Positions 1-11,526 of a DNA stretch of 64,000 nt are shown piece by piece. The notes under the pieces are model-generated. The model had not been told where the DNA came from, did not search any database, and saw only the letters and a program-made list of their open reading frames with translations. Position 1 is the stretch's first letter. Every line of letters begins with the position of its first letter. Source of the DNA: Marsupella aquatica (taxonomy: Eukaryota; Plantae; Marchantiophyta); contig OZ316899.1 in NCBI GenBank assembly GCA_973895155.1, positions 4,157,241 to 4,221,240 on the forward strand. The letters run 5' to 3'. A program made the position numbers and the translations under genes.

Positions 1-954
1 ATAACGCTGGAACTCCGGGATGAGGCATGTCCTCATCAAGAATCCGTTGTCCACTGCCCCCTTGGCCGAGAAGATAGAGGACTGATATTTGGCTCCCTTG
101 CCCCTAGGAGCCCGCAACTCTACCCAGTTTATTCCTTTGGGTAGGCCGAAAATCATCTTTAGACGTGCCTCATTGAGACACATCACTCTCCCGTGCGCTC
201 GGGTTTGTTGGCGGGCTTTTTCAAAGTTCTAAATAAACTCCGTCATATCTTGCCCGTAGTACCTGCTTCCATTCCAAGGGAGAGAGGCGAGGTGCTCAAA
301 CCCTTGGGTCTTAAGGTAGCATGCATGCTTGGGGTGGAGGATGTTCTTGTGGACATTCTCCCCCATGCGATGCATGGTCAGCTTGGCCACCGCAACTGTG
401 GCCAAAGGTAGCCCGGATATAGTTGCAGGTTCCTTTCTCTTCCTACCCCGAGACTGATTCCCGGGGTGACTTGAAGAGGGGGACATTTCCCCATCCTCCC
501 TATCGGGTGCCGGTAGCGCTACCGCCGTAAGTATTGGTGCGGGGGCTGCTACAGTCACCGTGTTATCCCCTTGGGCTTGTTGTATTGGCGCCGGGTTGCT
601 TGGCGCATGCTGATTTGCACCCGGCGGCCACCGGTTTAGGGGAGGGTGAGCCTCCTCGTCTTCAGAACTAATGTTCAACGCGTTTACCATGGATCGCACT
701 CGGAGGGGTGGTGCAACCGGTGGTGGAGATCAGCCTGGCTGAGGCCGAGGTGGTGTTGGCGTGGATACTGATGAGTTGGCGCCGGTTGTAGCTGGAGGAG
801 GCGCCATCAGATTCAGGAAGGTTGCGGGGAGGCCGAGTGAGGTCAAGATAGGTGATCCACCTGTGGATGCGGTACCAAACTGGTAGTCTATGGAGGCCTG
901 GACTTTGGCGGGGATGTGATTGAAGTGGTGTTGTTGTAAGTCGATCGTGCTCAA
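1..954 (-). pseudogene. TE accessory ORF remnant (plant-mobile-domain / Transposase_32-like), truncated by window edge
   Basis: ORF 229-699 reads through one in-frame TAG (EFI*NFEKARQQ...LKMIFGLPKG) to base 1. The LASLPW...EF...N...FGLP pattern resembles ORF 43814-44503. Family call is from memory. Confidence 0.4.
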
Positions 955-2899
955 GAGTGTGAAGACTTTATCCAGAAGCCAAAGGAGTGCCTCCTGGAAA
1001 CCAACGTACTTTGGACCGTCAAAGAAGTATTTGGATATCTTGTCGGGACGACAGAGGTTGCTCTAGAACGGGAGGCTGAAATCTCCGTTATAGTGAGAGC
1101 GCCCGGCGAGACGGATGAGTCATTCGTAATGCCTTTCGGTTTTGTATCGATGCGGATTGACCTTGGCTAGTGTCTTCGCTAAATGATTCCCAATGGATAG
1201 AAATTGAAGCCAAAACCAAAGGGCAGAATTGGACATAATAGTGACAGACATATAGGGGAAAGGCGGTGGATGACTAAAGAACAGATGAGTGAGCTGGGAT
1301 TGGAGCTGGCACAACGGGTGAAGTGCTGGTGCTTTGCGAGAGAATGGCCCGCCTTTTATACCCAGGGAGCTCGTCAGCCAAATGGCCCCCTCCTCCTTCT
1401 GATAGGCCGATCCTTTCACGCTTGCAATGTACCAGCCACTCCGCAAGTCCGGGTCAAAGCGTGTCAACGAGCCGCCCCTTTGACTCTTTATACGGACCCA
1501 AGGGGACATCCCTACACGCCCGAAACCCGGAGTCACAAATGGCGCTCTGCCGCCAGCCTGAGCGTAAATGCCCCTTATTAACTAATGATTCCCTAGTCAT
1601 AAGTACTACCTACTTAGTGTCGTTATGCTAATAACTATGGCCTATGGTGCCCCTAATGTGCGTGCTAAGCACGGGCTAGGCCAAATCAGTCATTAACCAT
1701 CATGTTGGCGGCGTCATAGAGATATAATGTATCAATATTTTAGTATAAGTCTCATGTAAAGCAAGCTTGGGCTCCAGTTGGTGGAAAGTACATTGGGCAG
1801 CTGATCTGACAACAAATTCTCTCCTTTTGCCTAGTGGAGAGCTCTTAGCTAGATCCATTGGAGAGATTCACAAAAATCTAAAGAGATTATCCAATTTCTT
1901 AACCAATACCTTGATTTTTTTAGAAAGAGTTACACTAATGAGACATCAATAGCATATAAGGAAAGATTTCCTCTTGTGAGATATTGGGCAAGAATTGTGG
2001 AGTTGTTGACAAATGGGCTTGCACTAGACGGGGAGGGAAATATTAAATTTCACTTGAAAAATGGATTTTGGCCTAAGACTAACCATGGCACTGGTTACAA
2101 GGTCAACCAATTGACATGCTAACAACGTGGTCCTCCAAGTGAAGATGAGGAGAATGAGATGACAACTCTTCAAAATGAGGCCTTGGAAGAGATGGAAGAT
2201 CAAGCAACACCATTTGTTGGATCTTGAACAAAGAGAGAACAAGGACAATGGATTCCCCTACAGGATATTTGTGAAGAAAAGTTTGTGTTTCTTCAACCCG
2301 AGGATGATTGGGAGAATAAAAATGGTGGAGGTTATATCTGGTTTGCGAGAGCTTAACTTTGGGTTTGGTGGACCCTAAGAATGAAGTCCCAATTACATCT
2401 TCAATAGACCCTCCTTTGCCTCAACAATATACTCTAATGTTTCCAAACAAATGGTGGAGGCCTAAACACTCTAAACTTGATGTGACTGAGAGTGCTCGGT
2501 ATCTAAACTATTTATTGTCCACTAAAACATGAGAACAAGATCCAGGGTTTGGTGAGAACACTCAATATTGGCAGTATGCAGGTTTTGCAATTAATGTGTG
2601 GTTTTAAATATGGAATGAAAGAAGCAAATATGGCATGCAAAGATCTGAAGATTCCTTGAAAGAGTTGTAGGACTCGAATATCTTAACACTTAGCTCCAGC
2701 GTTGCTGACTCCAACGCCAAGCTCCCCTATGGTCCAGGCCAAAAATGGCCATCTGGGGAAGAGTTAGCATAGGGAGACTAGTGGGCAATGGGGCGTGGCA
2801 CTGGCAAAGGCAAGGCGCTAAGTTGATGACACACTAAGGAGTTAGACTAGCTGGAGGGTGGTCGGGTCAGGAGAATGGGCCGGACTCAAGGTCAACCGT

Positions 2900-3751
2900 T
2901 GTCACGTGGACTTTAAGTTAGGGGCTCCTCGGGCAAACTACACGCTTCTGGCTGCGATCAGGACAGGTGACAAGCACTTTTCGGAGCGAACCCTCACTCC
3001 TTTATATTTTTTTACTTTTCTCACAAAGTTTACAATAGGTGCCCTCAAGTAAGCTTGCCCGCAAGAGTCTGGTAGTTGACCCTACGGCGGGCCGCTACCT
3101 CTCACTTATCGGGTAGAACTCCTCGAGTGACTAACTACTCGAAATCTGACGGAAAAACTATCCTCCTCGGTTCACAAAAACCAAAACTCGACTAGCTACT
3201 CCTCTAGTCTAAAATAGCTCGCACGGAACTCGGGCCTAGACCAACGAGGCTCCAAACTCGAGAAATTCCAGCCTAGATCAACGAGACTCCAGACTCGAGA
3301 AACTCCCCGCCTGGATCAACAAGACTCCAGACTCGAGAAACTCCCCGTCTGGATCAAAAACTCCTTGCCTGGATCGAAAACTCACTCAAAACTCCAAAAC
3401 CGACGCACAACAGCCGAGTCCCGCAGAATGGAGCGAAACTCACAGAATGTAATTCAACCGACCTGAATAGACAACCGTTAACCTCAATGAGTCGAGGCTC
3501 AAGTCTTAAGTAGCATCAGAAACCCAACCATCCAGCCTGAGCCAGCTGCCATCAGCGAGGCTCATCCAAACTCCAAGCCTAGTGACTCACCCAAACACCA
3601 AACCTGGTGACGATGAGTCACCCAATCACCAAACCTCAATCCATCCAACCAAGCAGCCCCTCCGAGTCAGCATGCATGCAACCCAACCGGGAAGCCTCGT
3701 CCATCATCCCCTATAAAAGCCATTCCTGAGCCGAAATCATTCGGCACGACA
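2900..3751 (-). repeat. Element B 3' LTR, containing ~38-bp internal tandem repeats
   Basis: TGTCACGTGG...GGCACGACA. About 17 substitutions versus 16292-17143 by eye (15 transitions). Repeats of GCCTGGATCAACAAGACTCCAGACTCGAGAAACTCCCC at ~3235-3375. Confidence 0.95.
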
Positions 3752-3760
3752 TCCTCCCCC
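3752..3760 (-). other. Element B polypurine tract
   Basis: GGGGGAGGA on the minus strand abutting the 3' LTR. Confidence 0.9.
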
Positions 3761-3796
3761 AGTAAACCTGAGCAGCCTCCGGTCTGCTCCAATCCT

Positions 3797-5881
3797 TCAG
3801 ATTTCCTCCAAGTCTGAGTCTGAACTCGAGCCATGCGCCTGGACCACTTCCTCCTCAAGAAACTCAAACCCAAAGCCTTCAGACTCGGCCTTAGGCACTC
3901 CACCTTCCAGAAACCCAAAATCCAACTCATCCGAATCGGAACCAGTCAAGTCACTTCCGAAACTCAAGTCCATCGGATGCGCCTGGACCAGCGCCTCGTC
4001 TTCAAACTCACTCAAGTCGGAACTTGAGTCCATTCCCTTCTCGGTCCTCCTCTTGAAGATCTTCACCCTTTTCCCTACGTAAGGTACTTGGTGAACCGTC
4101 CCATCCAACTCCCGAATAGTGTAGGTCGCATTCGCATGAACAACAACCACCACATACGGACCTTGCCACCTCCGAGCAAACTTGTTTCGGCTCAAGTGTT
4201 GCTCGTCCAACTTACTTTTGTAAACCAGAACCCAATCCCCTTCCTTAACCAAGACAGGCCTCAACCGATGAGTCCTGTCGAACCTGCCCTTGTTCCTTAA
4301 CCTTGCCATCTTCAATTGCTTCCGAGCCACCTCAATCTTCGCGGGTAACAAGTTGAAGTGTTCGATTCTTCGAGCCAGCAACTCCTCTCTCGAAACTTCA
4401 TCTTTCCATCCAATCAGTCGCCAGCTGCAAACATCTTCTTCGAGTGGCATCATCGGCAAGTGCCCAGTAAGTAGCTCAGCCGGAACGTATCCGGTCACTG
4501 AGCTACATGTCATCCGATCCGCTAGCAGAGCAAGTGGAAGGAGACTCGACCACCTGCCCAAGTCCCCATCACAAGTCTTAGCCAAAGCGCCTACAATCTG
4601 GATGTGCCCCCTTTCAGACTTCCCATTGCCTTCCGGATTATAACTCGAAGTCGGCTTCAGTTTGATGCGGTATTGGTCAAAAAACTCTTGCGCTTCCTTG
4701 GAGTTGAGCTCCCCCCTATCAGCCCTGATCCTCGTAAAGCACCCATGCCTTGCAATGATATCCTCAAGTATGAACTGGCAAACGGCAACAGTAGTGTTCG
4801 AAACCAGCGCTCTCCCTTCCACATAAGAAGACAAGTCTTTTCTTGCCAAAACCAAGTATCTTGCCCCATTGCTTTCTCTCGGCATGTACACCACATCAAC
4901 AGCCCATTGAAAGTGTAGAGCCACGGGGTAAGTCGGAACCAATCCATCCCTATGTCGGATCCTCGAGTAAAACTGGCAAATCTTGCAAGTCTCGACATAG
5001 TCTCGAACGGCCAAGTACAAACCTGGCCACCAGTACAGCTTCCGAACCCTCTCGTAAGTCGAATGCACCCCTTTGTGCCCAACCATGTCAGCATCATGGC
5101 TCTCTTTGAGAATTCGGTCTTTCTCCCCCTTAGTATCCACAACCCTCTGCAACAACTGACTTGGGTCCTTTTGCCTTCGCCACAAATAACCCTCCCTCAA
5201 TAGGAACTTGTAAGATCTCTTCCGGATCTTGACGAACTCCTGGTAACTCCACTCTGGTTGCTTCTCCAAAGTGCTAATGTAACGCCCGATATCCAGCAAC
5301 TCTCCCGAGTAGAGTTCCTCCTTGAACTCTAGACTTCCAACACTTTCGGTTCTGGTCACCTTGCCAACTCTCGTTGCTACCTCATTTCCGAATCTCGCCC
5401 TCGACAGCATGTCGGCAACCGGATTATCCTTTCCTGCAATGTGACTTAGCTCAGGGTTGAACATCCGAATGAAAGCGATCCACCTGAGCATCGCTATGTC
5501 AGGCGTGTCACAATTCGCGATCATCCCCAGCAGCGATTGGCAATCAGTCTCAACCACCACCGACGCCCCAATCAAATAGTTCCTCTCCTGATGGAGTGCC
5601 ACCTTGGCACCCCAAAGCTCTCTCTTAACTTGGGCATATCTCCTTTGCCTTTCCGTAAAAATTTTTGCCCTAAATCTGATTGCATACCTTTCCCCATTCT
5701 CGTCATCTTGCCCAACAGCCCACCCGGCTGCGAACGGACTCGCATCAACAGTCATGATCAGTGGTCGCCCGCTCTCATAGTCCGCAGCTCGGAGAACTGG
5801 TGGGCTCATGAGAGCGCTCTTAAGCTTAGCCATTGCTTCACTATGCTTGGGTAGCCATCTCCACTTAACCTTTTTCCTCAA
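3797..5881 (-). CDS. Element B pol: RNase H + integrase with acidic tail, no chromodomain
   Basis: RNase H motifs VDAS, KREL, ETDC and VADMLSR. Integrase HHCC finger (HDADMVGH...CKIC), core DVVY/DRG/GKSER, and a GPY motif. Confidence 0.92.
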   Translation of the reverse strand: MRKKVKWRWLPKHSEAMAKLKSALMSPPVLRAADYESGRPLIMTVDASPFAAGWAVGQDDENGERYAIRFRAKIFTERQRRYAQVKRELWGAKVALHQERNYLIGASVVVETDCQSLLGMIANCDTPDIAMLRWIAFIRMFNPELSHIAGKDNPVADMLSRARFGNEVATRVGKVTRTESVGSLEFKEELYSGELLDIGRYISTLEKQPEWSYQEFVKIRKRSYKFLLREGYLWRRQKDPSQLLQRVVDTKGEKDRILKESHDADMVGHKGVHSTYERVRKLYWWPGLYLAVRDYVETCKICQFYSRIRHRDGLVPTYPVALHFQWAVDVVYMPRESNGARYLVLARKDLSSYVEGRALVSNTTVAVCQFILEDIIARHGCFTRIRADRGELNSKEAQEFFDQYRIKLKPTSSYNPEGNGKSERGHIQIVGALAKTCDGDLGRWSSLLPLALLADRMTCSSVTGYVPAELLTGHLPMMPLEEDVCSWRLIGWKDEVSREELLARRIEHFNLLPAKIEVARKQLKMARLRNKGRFDRTHRLRPVLVKEGDWVLVYKSKLDEQHLSRNKFARRWQGPYVVVVVHANATYTIRELDGTVHQVPYVGKRVKIFKRRTEKGMDSSSDLSEFEDEALVQAHPMDLSFGSDLTGSDSDELDFGFLEGGVPKAESEGFGFEFLEEEVVQAHGSSSDSDLEEI

Positions 5882-6555
5882 CAGCTCATAGAGCGGGTCC
5901 GCCAGGTGCGAGAAGTGAGGGATCCAGATCTTGTAAAAGACACAAGCACCCAGAAACCTTCAAACTTCCGGCACCGATTTGCAATCCTTCATCTCGCTAA
6001 TAGATCTCACGTTATCCATGTTCGGTTTCCTCCCATAAGATCTACACATTTGCCCAACGACTTTCACCTCTTTCATCCCGAATTCAGACTTCTCCCCCGA
6101 AAGAGTGACTCCCACATCAATCAGCTTCTCGAGAACCGCCTTAACATCCGCAATGTGATCCCACACAAACTGTCGGATTCCATCACTTCTCAAGGTCTCA
6201 TCCCTCCCTTCAGCCAAGCACCCTTTTATCGGGACATTGTCAATAAACGGTCTCGCTTTTTCTGGAATGAACGGCTCCAAGATTTTGCTCATTGCATTTT
6301 GCATGTGTGCAACTGAGTTCGTCGCCCCTTGAGGAAGAGTGCACATCCTCAAGAGGCCCAACGGAGTCCTCATAGTCGTAATGTCTCGACTCTCTTGCGC
6401 CAACTGGAACTGGTCGTAACCTGAAAACAAATCACCCATGGAGTAGATCGCCCTTCCAGGGAACTCCTCCGCAAACTCATCCAGGAGTGGCCCAACTCCC
6501 ACATTCCTGATGGTCACCTTGTTTGGAGGTTGCATATCCTGAATGAACCTCAAGC
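5882..6555 (-). pseudogene. Element B reverse transcriptase, 3' part (5' part at 13161-13421)
   Basis: DLFSGYDQF, LPQGATNS and FIDNVPIK (degenerate YxDD). It joins KNGSL|RFIQD across the copia insertion. Confidence 0.9.
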
Positions 6556-7030
6556 TGTTGAGCATAGACGACGATCGCAACGGCAAGCCCATGAACCATC
6601 CAACGCACAATAGTCGACACAAGAGATACGTGGTTCACCTCCTTGAGGCTACGTCCACGGGAACACACAAGAGAACTTTACTGAACTCTAAGCCCGTCGG
6701 CTATACCGAGTCTCCACAGTGTAAGCTCTCCCTATCTCTCAAGTGGCTCCATAACAATGAGCCTTGGTTCTACCTCTCCAAGCACACATGCCTCTTATGA
6801 TATAGTGTGCAACTTAGTTGTACCTAACCACATAGTTGTACCTAACCACATAGTTGTACCTAATCACGTAGTTGTACCTAACCACATAGTTGTACCTAAT
6901 CACGTAGTTGTACCTAACCACATAGTTGTACCTAATCACATAGTTGTACCTAACCACGTAGTTGTACCAACCCACGTTGTTGTACCAACCACGTCATACC
7001 TAACCTAGACGTAAGAGTAAATACCCAACA
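6556..7030 (-). repeat. Element C 3' LTR
   Basis: TGTTGAGC...ACCCAACA, followed by the PPT (AGGGGAAGAT on the minus strand) at 7031-7040. Confidence 0.97.
6815..6995. repeat. 18-bp tandem array in the C LTR (also at ~12945-13125)
   Basis: About 9-10 units of TAGTTGTACCTAA(C/T)CAC(A/G). Confidence 0.95.
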
Positions 7031-7221
7031 ATCTTCCCCTTGACTCTGGTCTAGGGGAGAGTAATACTGCCAATGTATATGATCCCTCAGCGGGAAATTC
7101 TGGACAGAAACCAAACCGGTTTCCCTCTCTAACTAGAGCAAACCAGAACTAAGCCGTAGCCTAATACATAGGAATGAGGAAGAGCATATATCAGTAATTA
7201 CAATGAATGTTTAAGAAAACT

Positions 7222-10200
7222 CTACTTGTGATGCAATTGCAAAACCTGCAATACGTCACGGTGTCTAGAGAAACTCTCCAAAGGAATCACTTTGGTAAAT
7301 GCGTCAGCCGGGTTGAGTTTACCATCAATCTTGACTAGCTCAAACAAATTATCAGACACAGCCTGCCTGATAAAATGGTACCTGACGTCAATGTGCTTCA
7401 CTCTACTGTCCATCACTTGGTTCACAGCAAGGTGGAGCGCACTTTGACTATCACAATGGAGCTTCACATTCCCCTGTGGCAATCCCATTTCAGTGATAAG
7501 TCTATCCAACCAAATCGCTTCCTTTGCTGCTTCCGCAGCTGCAACATACTCCGCTTCTGTAGTAGACTGAGCAATACACTTCTGCAAAGTAGACCTCCAA
7601 CTTATGCATCCACCGCCAAGTGTGAACACGTATCCTGTTGTTGATCTCCTTCGGTCCAAATCTTGTCCATAGTCAGAATCTACATAGCCAATCAATGATC
7701 TAGCATTCTTTGCATTCGCATCAAATAAAAGACCATGATCCACGGTACCCTTCAAGTACCTGATAATCCACTTCACTGCTTCCCAGTGTACCTTCCCTGG
7801 ATTCGACATGTACCTGCTCACCTTGCCCATAGCCATGGCAAGATCAGGTCTAGTGCAAGTCATCAAATACATGAGACTCCCCACTGCCTTGTCATATGGA
7901 ACCTTTGACATCAACCCCTTCTCTGTGTCATCCGTAGGACAGAACGCTGATGATAACTTGAAGTGTGGAGCCAACGGGGTACTTACTGGCTTGCTATTCT
8001 CCATGTTGAACCTTGCAATTACCTTCCTCGCATAACTGCTCTGCGTCAACCATAGCTTGCCAGCCTCCAAGTCCCTAGTGATCTCCATACCCAAAATCCT
8101 CTTAGCTGGCCCTAAGTCCTTCATCTTAAACTCTGCACTAAGCAGTGCCTTGAGCTTAACAATCTCAGACCTATCCTTGGCTGCAATTAGCATGTCATCC
8201 ACATAAAGTACTAAAACAATGAACCCAAAGACAACATTCTTCACCGGTTTCAAATACACACAAGGGTCAAATACACTTCTGTGAAAACCTTGTGACCGAA
8301 TCCAATCGTCAAACCGCTTGTTCCACTGTCTTGGTGACTGCTTCAACCCATACAAGGATTTCAGCAATCTGCAAACCAATTCCTCCTGTCCTCTCTTCAC
8401 AAAACCTAGCGGTTGTCTCATGAAGATCACCTCTTCCAATGTGCCATAGAGGAAAGCTGTGACAACATCCATCTGATCTAGGAGCAGACCAAACATTACA
8501 ACAAGTACACACAATAGTCGTATTGTAGAGTACTTAGCAACTGGTGAGAAGACCTCATTGTAATCCACACCTTTCTCTTGTGTGAATCCCTTTGCTACCA
8601 ATCTAGCCTTGTAGACCTTCGATCCACCTCCTATGGAATTATCCTTCAGCTTGTAAATCCACTTGCTGTCCACCACTTGCTGACCCTTAGGCAGCTTAAC
8701 AAGCTCCCAAGTTTTGTTGTCCTTTAGTGACTGCATCTCCGTTTGCATTGCTGCAGTCCACTTCTGCTTCTCTTTTGAAGCACTTGCCTCATGAAATGAA
8801 GAAGGTTCTCCTTCTTCCAAAATTAACGCATCACCCTCATCATCAGCTGTAAAATCATCCTCTTGCAGTTGAGATGAATCAACCCACTGTCCATACCTTG
8901 ATGGAGCGTGTACAGTGCGACCAGATGTTCTTCTAGTCGATGACTCCGGTTGATCTGCGTGTGCTGGTACAATTTGAAGCTCAACAGCATCCACTTGTTG
9001 CTCACCAGCATCAACAAACTCCTCTGGTTCCTCTGGCATAGGAACCAGCTCCATAATTGGAGCAACTCCTTCTCTCCGGTCATGCATCTCATAACCAATC
9101 TCCCCCTCAACGAGATCCGGGATAGGAGATTTTCCTTTGTCAGTACGGGAGACCTGAGTATTCTCCCCCTCCTTCAATAATCTGGATTCATTGAAGGAAA
9201 CATCCCTACTGACAACGAGCTTACAGGCAATAGGATCCCATAGCCTATAGGCTTTCACACCACTCTGGTACCCAAGAAAAACACATTTCCTGGAGGTAGG
9301 ATCCAACTTGGTCCTATTCTGCTTTGGTGTGAGAGCATATGCATCACTTCCAAAAATTACCAAGCCATGATAGTCTGCTTGCCGCTTATAGCGCATCTCA
9401 AACGGCGTTTTGAAATTGATAGCACTAGAAGGAGAAAGATTTACCAAATAAGCTGCGGTATTGACAGCTTCTGCCCAAAATTCTTGTGGTAAACCTGATT
9501 GGCTCAACATACTCCGTGACCGCTCCAACAGTGTCCGATTGAGCCTCTCAGCGACACCATTCTGCTGCGGAGTATAAACTGTGGTGAGATGGCGAGTTAT
9601 CCCCTGTTCTGAACAGTACTCTTCAAATTCCATTGAAGTGTACTCCCCGCCGTTGTCTGACCTCAGACTCTTCACCCTTGTATCCAAACACTTGATCGTG
9701 TTTCCAGTCTGATTCTCCACCTGGGCCTTCCACTTCTTAAAAATGGACAAGACATCAGACTTATGCGTCATGAAATAAATCCACACAAATCTTGAGTAAT
9801 CATCAATAAATGATACATAGTACAACTTTCCAGAGTGTGAGGGAGTCGGGGATGGACCCCACACGTCACTATGTATGTACTCAAGAACCGCTTTGGAACG
9901 ATGAGTTCCAACACCAAAAGCACGACGATGCTGCTTTCCAAGAATGCAATGCTCACAAAACTCTAATTTACAAGATTGCAAATCAGAAATGAGTCCATTC
10001 TTCCGTAAGATAGCCAAACCCTTCTCACTCATGTGGCCTAGCCGTGAATGCCACAGTTGAGTCATCTCCTCGTGAGACTTGGTTACATTGGCCTCTCCAC
10101 ATACAGTATTGCCCTGTAACACATACAAATTCTTTTGTCTACTCCCCTTCAAAATCACTGTCTCTCCCGACCTGACTTGAAGTTCACCATCAATAACGCT

Positions 10201-10494
10201 CCATTGATGACCATTTGAATCCAACACACCGAGTGAAATCAGATTCTTACGCATGCCAGGTACATACCTGACTCCGGACACTATGCGCACAGCGCCATCA
10301 AACATTTGAATCTTCACAGACCCAATTCCCTCAATTTGACAGGAGTGATCATTTCCCATCAGAACTGAACCGTTTGAAACAGAGTAAGAACTGAAAAACT
10401 CACGAATGTAACAAATATGAAAAGAGCAAGCACAATCAAGAATCCACACATCATCTGCTCTCCTAGATGACGTGCACAGGGCATACCCCCGGCT
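7222..10494 (-). CDS. Element C pol (protease, GAG-pre-integrase, integrase, RT, RNase H), uninterrupted
   Basis: WILDCACSFH, LWHSRLGH, CEHC, HSDVWGP, SDNGGEY, NGVAER, ARLVAKGF, YGLKQ, LYVDDML, DSDY, KHIDVRYH. Confidence 0.96.
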   Translation of the reverse strand, partial: SRGYALCTSSRRADDVWILDCACSFHICYIREFFSSYSVSNGSVLMGNDHSCQIEGIGSVKIQMFDGAVRIVSGVRYVPGMRKNLISLGVLDSNGHQWSVIDGELQVRSGETVILKGSRQKNLYVLQGNTVCGEANVTKSHEEMTQLWHSRLGHMSEKGLAILRKNGLISDLQSCKLEFCEHCILGKQHRRAFGVGTHRSKAVLEYIHSDVWGPSPTPSHSGKLYYVSFIDDYSRFVWIYFMTHKSDVLSIFKKWKAQVENQTGNTIKCLDTRVKSLRSDNGGEYTSMEFEEYCSEQGITRHLTTVYTPQQNGVAERLNRTLLERSRSMLSQSGLPQEFWAEAVNTAAYLVNLSPSSAINFKTPFEMRYKRQADYHGLVIFGSDAYALTPKQNRTKLDPTSRKCVFLGYQSGVKAYRLWDPIACKLVVSRDVSFNESRLLKEGENTQVSRTDKGKSPIPDLVEGEIGYEMHDRREGVAPIMELVPMPEEPEEFVDAGEQQVDAVELQIVPAHADQPESSTRRTSGRTVHAPSRYGQWVDSSQLQEDDFTADDEGDALILEEGEPSSFHEASASKEKQKWTAAMQTEMQSLKDNKTWELVKLPKGQQVVDSKWIYKLKDNSIGGGSKVYKARLVAKGFTQEKGVDYNEVFSPVAKYSTIRLLCVLVVMFGLLLDQMDVVTAFLYGTLEEVIFMRQPLGFVKRGQEELVCRLLKSLYGLKQSPRQWNKRFDDWIRSQGFHRSVFDPCVYLKPVKNVVFGFIVLVLYVDDMLIAAKDRSEIVKLKALLSAEFKMKDLGPAKRILGMEITRDLEAGKLWLTQSSYARKVIARFNMENSKPVSTPLAPHFKLSSAFCPTDDTEKGLMSKVPYDKAVGSLMYLMTCTRPDLAMAMGKVSRYMSNPGKVHWEAVKWIIRYLKGTVDHGLLFDANAKNARSLIGYVDSDYGQDLDRRRSTTGYVFTLGGGCISWRSTLQKCIAQSTTEAEYVAAAEAAKEAIWLDRLITEMGLPQGNVKLHCDSQSALHLAVNQVMDSRVKHIDVRYHFIRQAVSDNLFELVKIDGKLNPADAFTKVIPLESFSRHRDVLQVLQLHHK

Positions 10495-11526
10495 TCATAA
10501 AACATACTCATCATTGAGTAAATCAGCTTCTCCATCAGCCCTAGCCACATTTGCCGATGAAGTTTCCGCTGCCTTTCCCTTACAGTCTCGCTTGAAGTGT
10601 CCAACTTGGTTGCACTTCCAACATGTCACCTGCCTCCTCTGAGGGGATTTACCCTTGGACTTAGATCTGGATTTAGATCTAAACTGGGTTCTACGGTCCC
10701 CAGTTGGTCGCTGCATACTCCTCCCACGGTTAACATTGAGGGCAGCACCAGATGATGAAGGCTGTGACGTGATGTGCATCTTCTGCTGAAGATCATCACT
10801 AAGCAGAGAACTTACCACGTCATTGTATGAAATGGTATCCCTATCACGATGCAACAACACTCGTGATAGGGACTGGTAAGATGGAGGCAATGAACTAAGA
10901 AGCTGCAGAGCCTTCGTCTCATCATTCAAAGTCTCCCCAAGGTTTTCCAAGTCAACGACCATGTCGTTGAAAGCATCCACATGGTCTTGCAACTTCGTAC
11001 CAGATTCCTTCATCCTGAAACTCATCAGTTTGTAGGAAGTGTAGAGCCGGTTCGACAACTCCTTGCGGTGATACTTGCTCTGCAATTCCGCAAACAAGGA
11101 CATGCAATCCTTATGTGCACCTAACTGCTTGATGATGGGAGGCATGAGATAGAGTGTAACACACCACACTCCCTGCTCCTGCATGCGGTCCCATTGTTTC
11201 TCATCAACATCGTCTTCACGAGGGCTCAGCAGTTGGCCCATCCCTGACGCATAAAGCACTCCCTTCACTTGCTTCTCCCATAGCAAGTAGTCAGAGCGCC
11301 CATCATACTTTGTCACTTCATACTTGGGTCCCCCAAGCTTGAAAGTCCCCATCTTCTTCTTTACCGTGAGCTCCGGTAGTAGTACTGCTTCCTCCACCAC
11401 ACGCCGCACCGGTGATGGTATCGGTGTCACGTGCTCTTCCTCCTGCTCCTCTCTCTGCCCCTGAAACCTCCGCGGTGATCCTCGTGCTTCAAGTTCCACG
11501 TCTTCGAAAAAACTCCTCCGAATCAC
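10495..11526 (-). CDS. Element C gag with CCHC zinc knuckle
   Basis: UBN2-type gag region, CWKCNQVGHFKRDC, ending in a TGA that is in frame with pol. Confidence 0.93.
   Translation of the reverse strand: MIRRSFFEDVELEARGSPRRFQGQREEQEEEHVTPIPSPVRRVVEEAVLLPELTVKKKMGTFKLGGPKYEVTKYDGRSDYLLWEKQVKGVLYASGMGQLLSPREDDVDEKQWDRMQEQGVWCVTLYLMPPIIKQLGAHKDCMSLFAELQSKYHRKELSNRLYTSYKLMSFRMKESGTKLQDHVDAFNDMVVDLENLGETLNDETKALQLLSSLPPSYQSLSRVLLHRDRDTISYNDVVSSLLSDDLQQKMHITSQPSSSGAALNVNRGRSMQRPTGDRRTQFRSKSRSKSKGKSPQRRQVTCWKCNQVGHFKRDCKGKAAETSSANVARADGEADLLNDEYVL

Noticed and set aside
2150-2655. Possible C-terminal remnant of a DNA transposase (FVFLQP...YIWFARA)
   Set aside because: The similarity is weak and there are many stops, so it cannot be supported without a search.
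6757-7008. ORF with VVPNHI repeats (also 12887-13138)
   Set aside because: It is a translation of the 18-bp LTR tandem array, antisense to the element, with no sign of coding.
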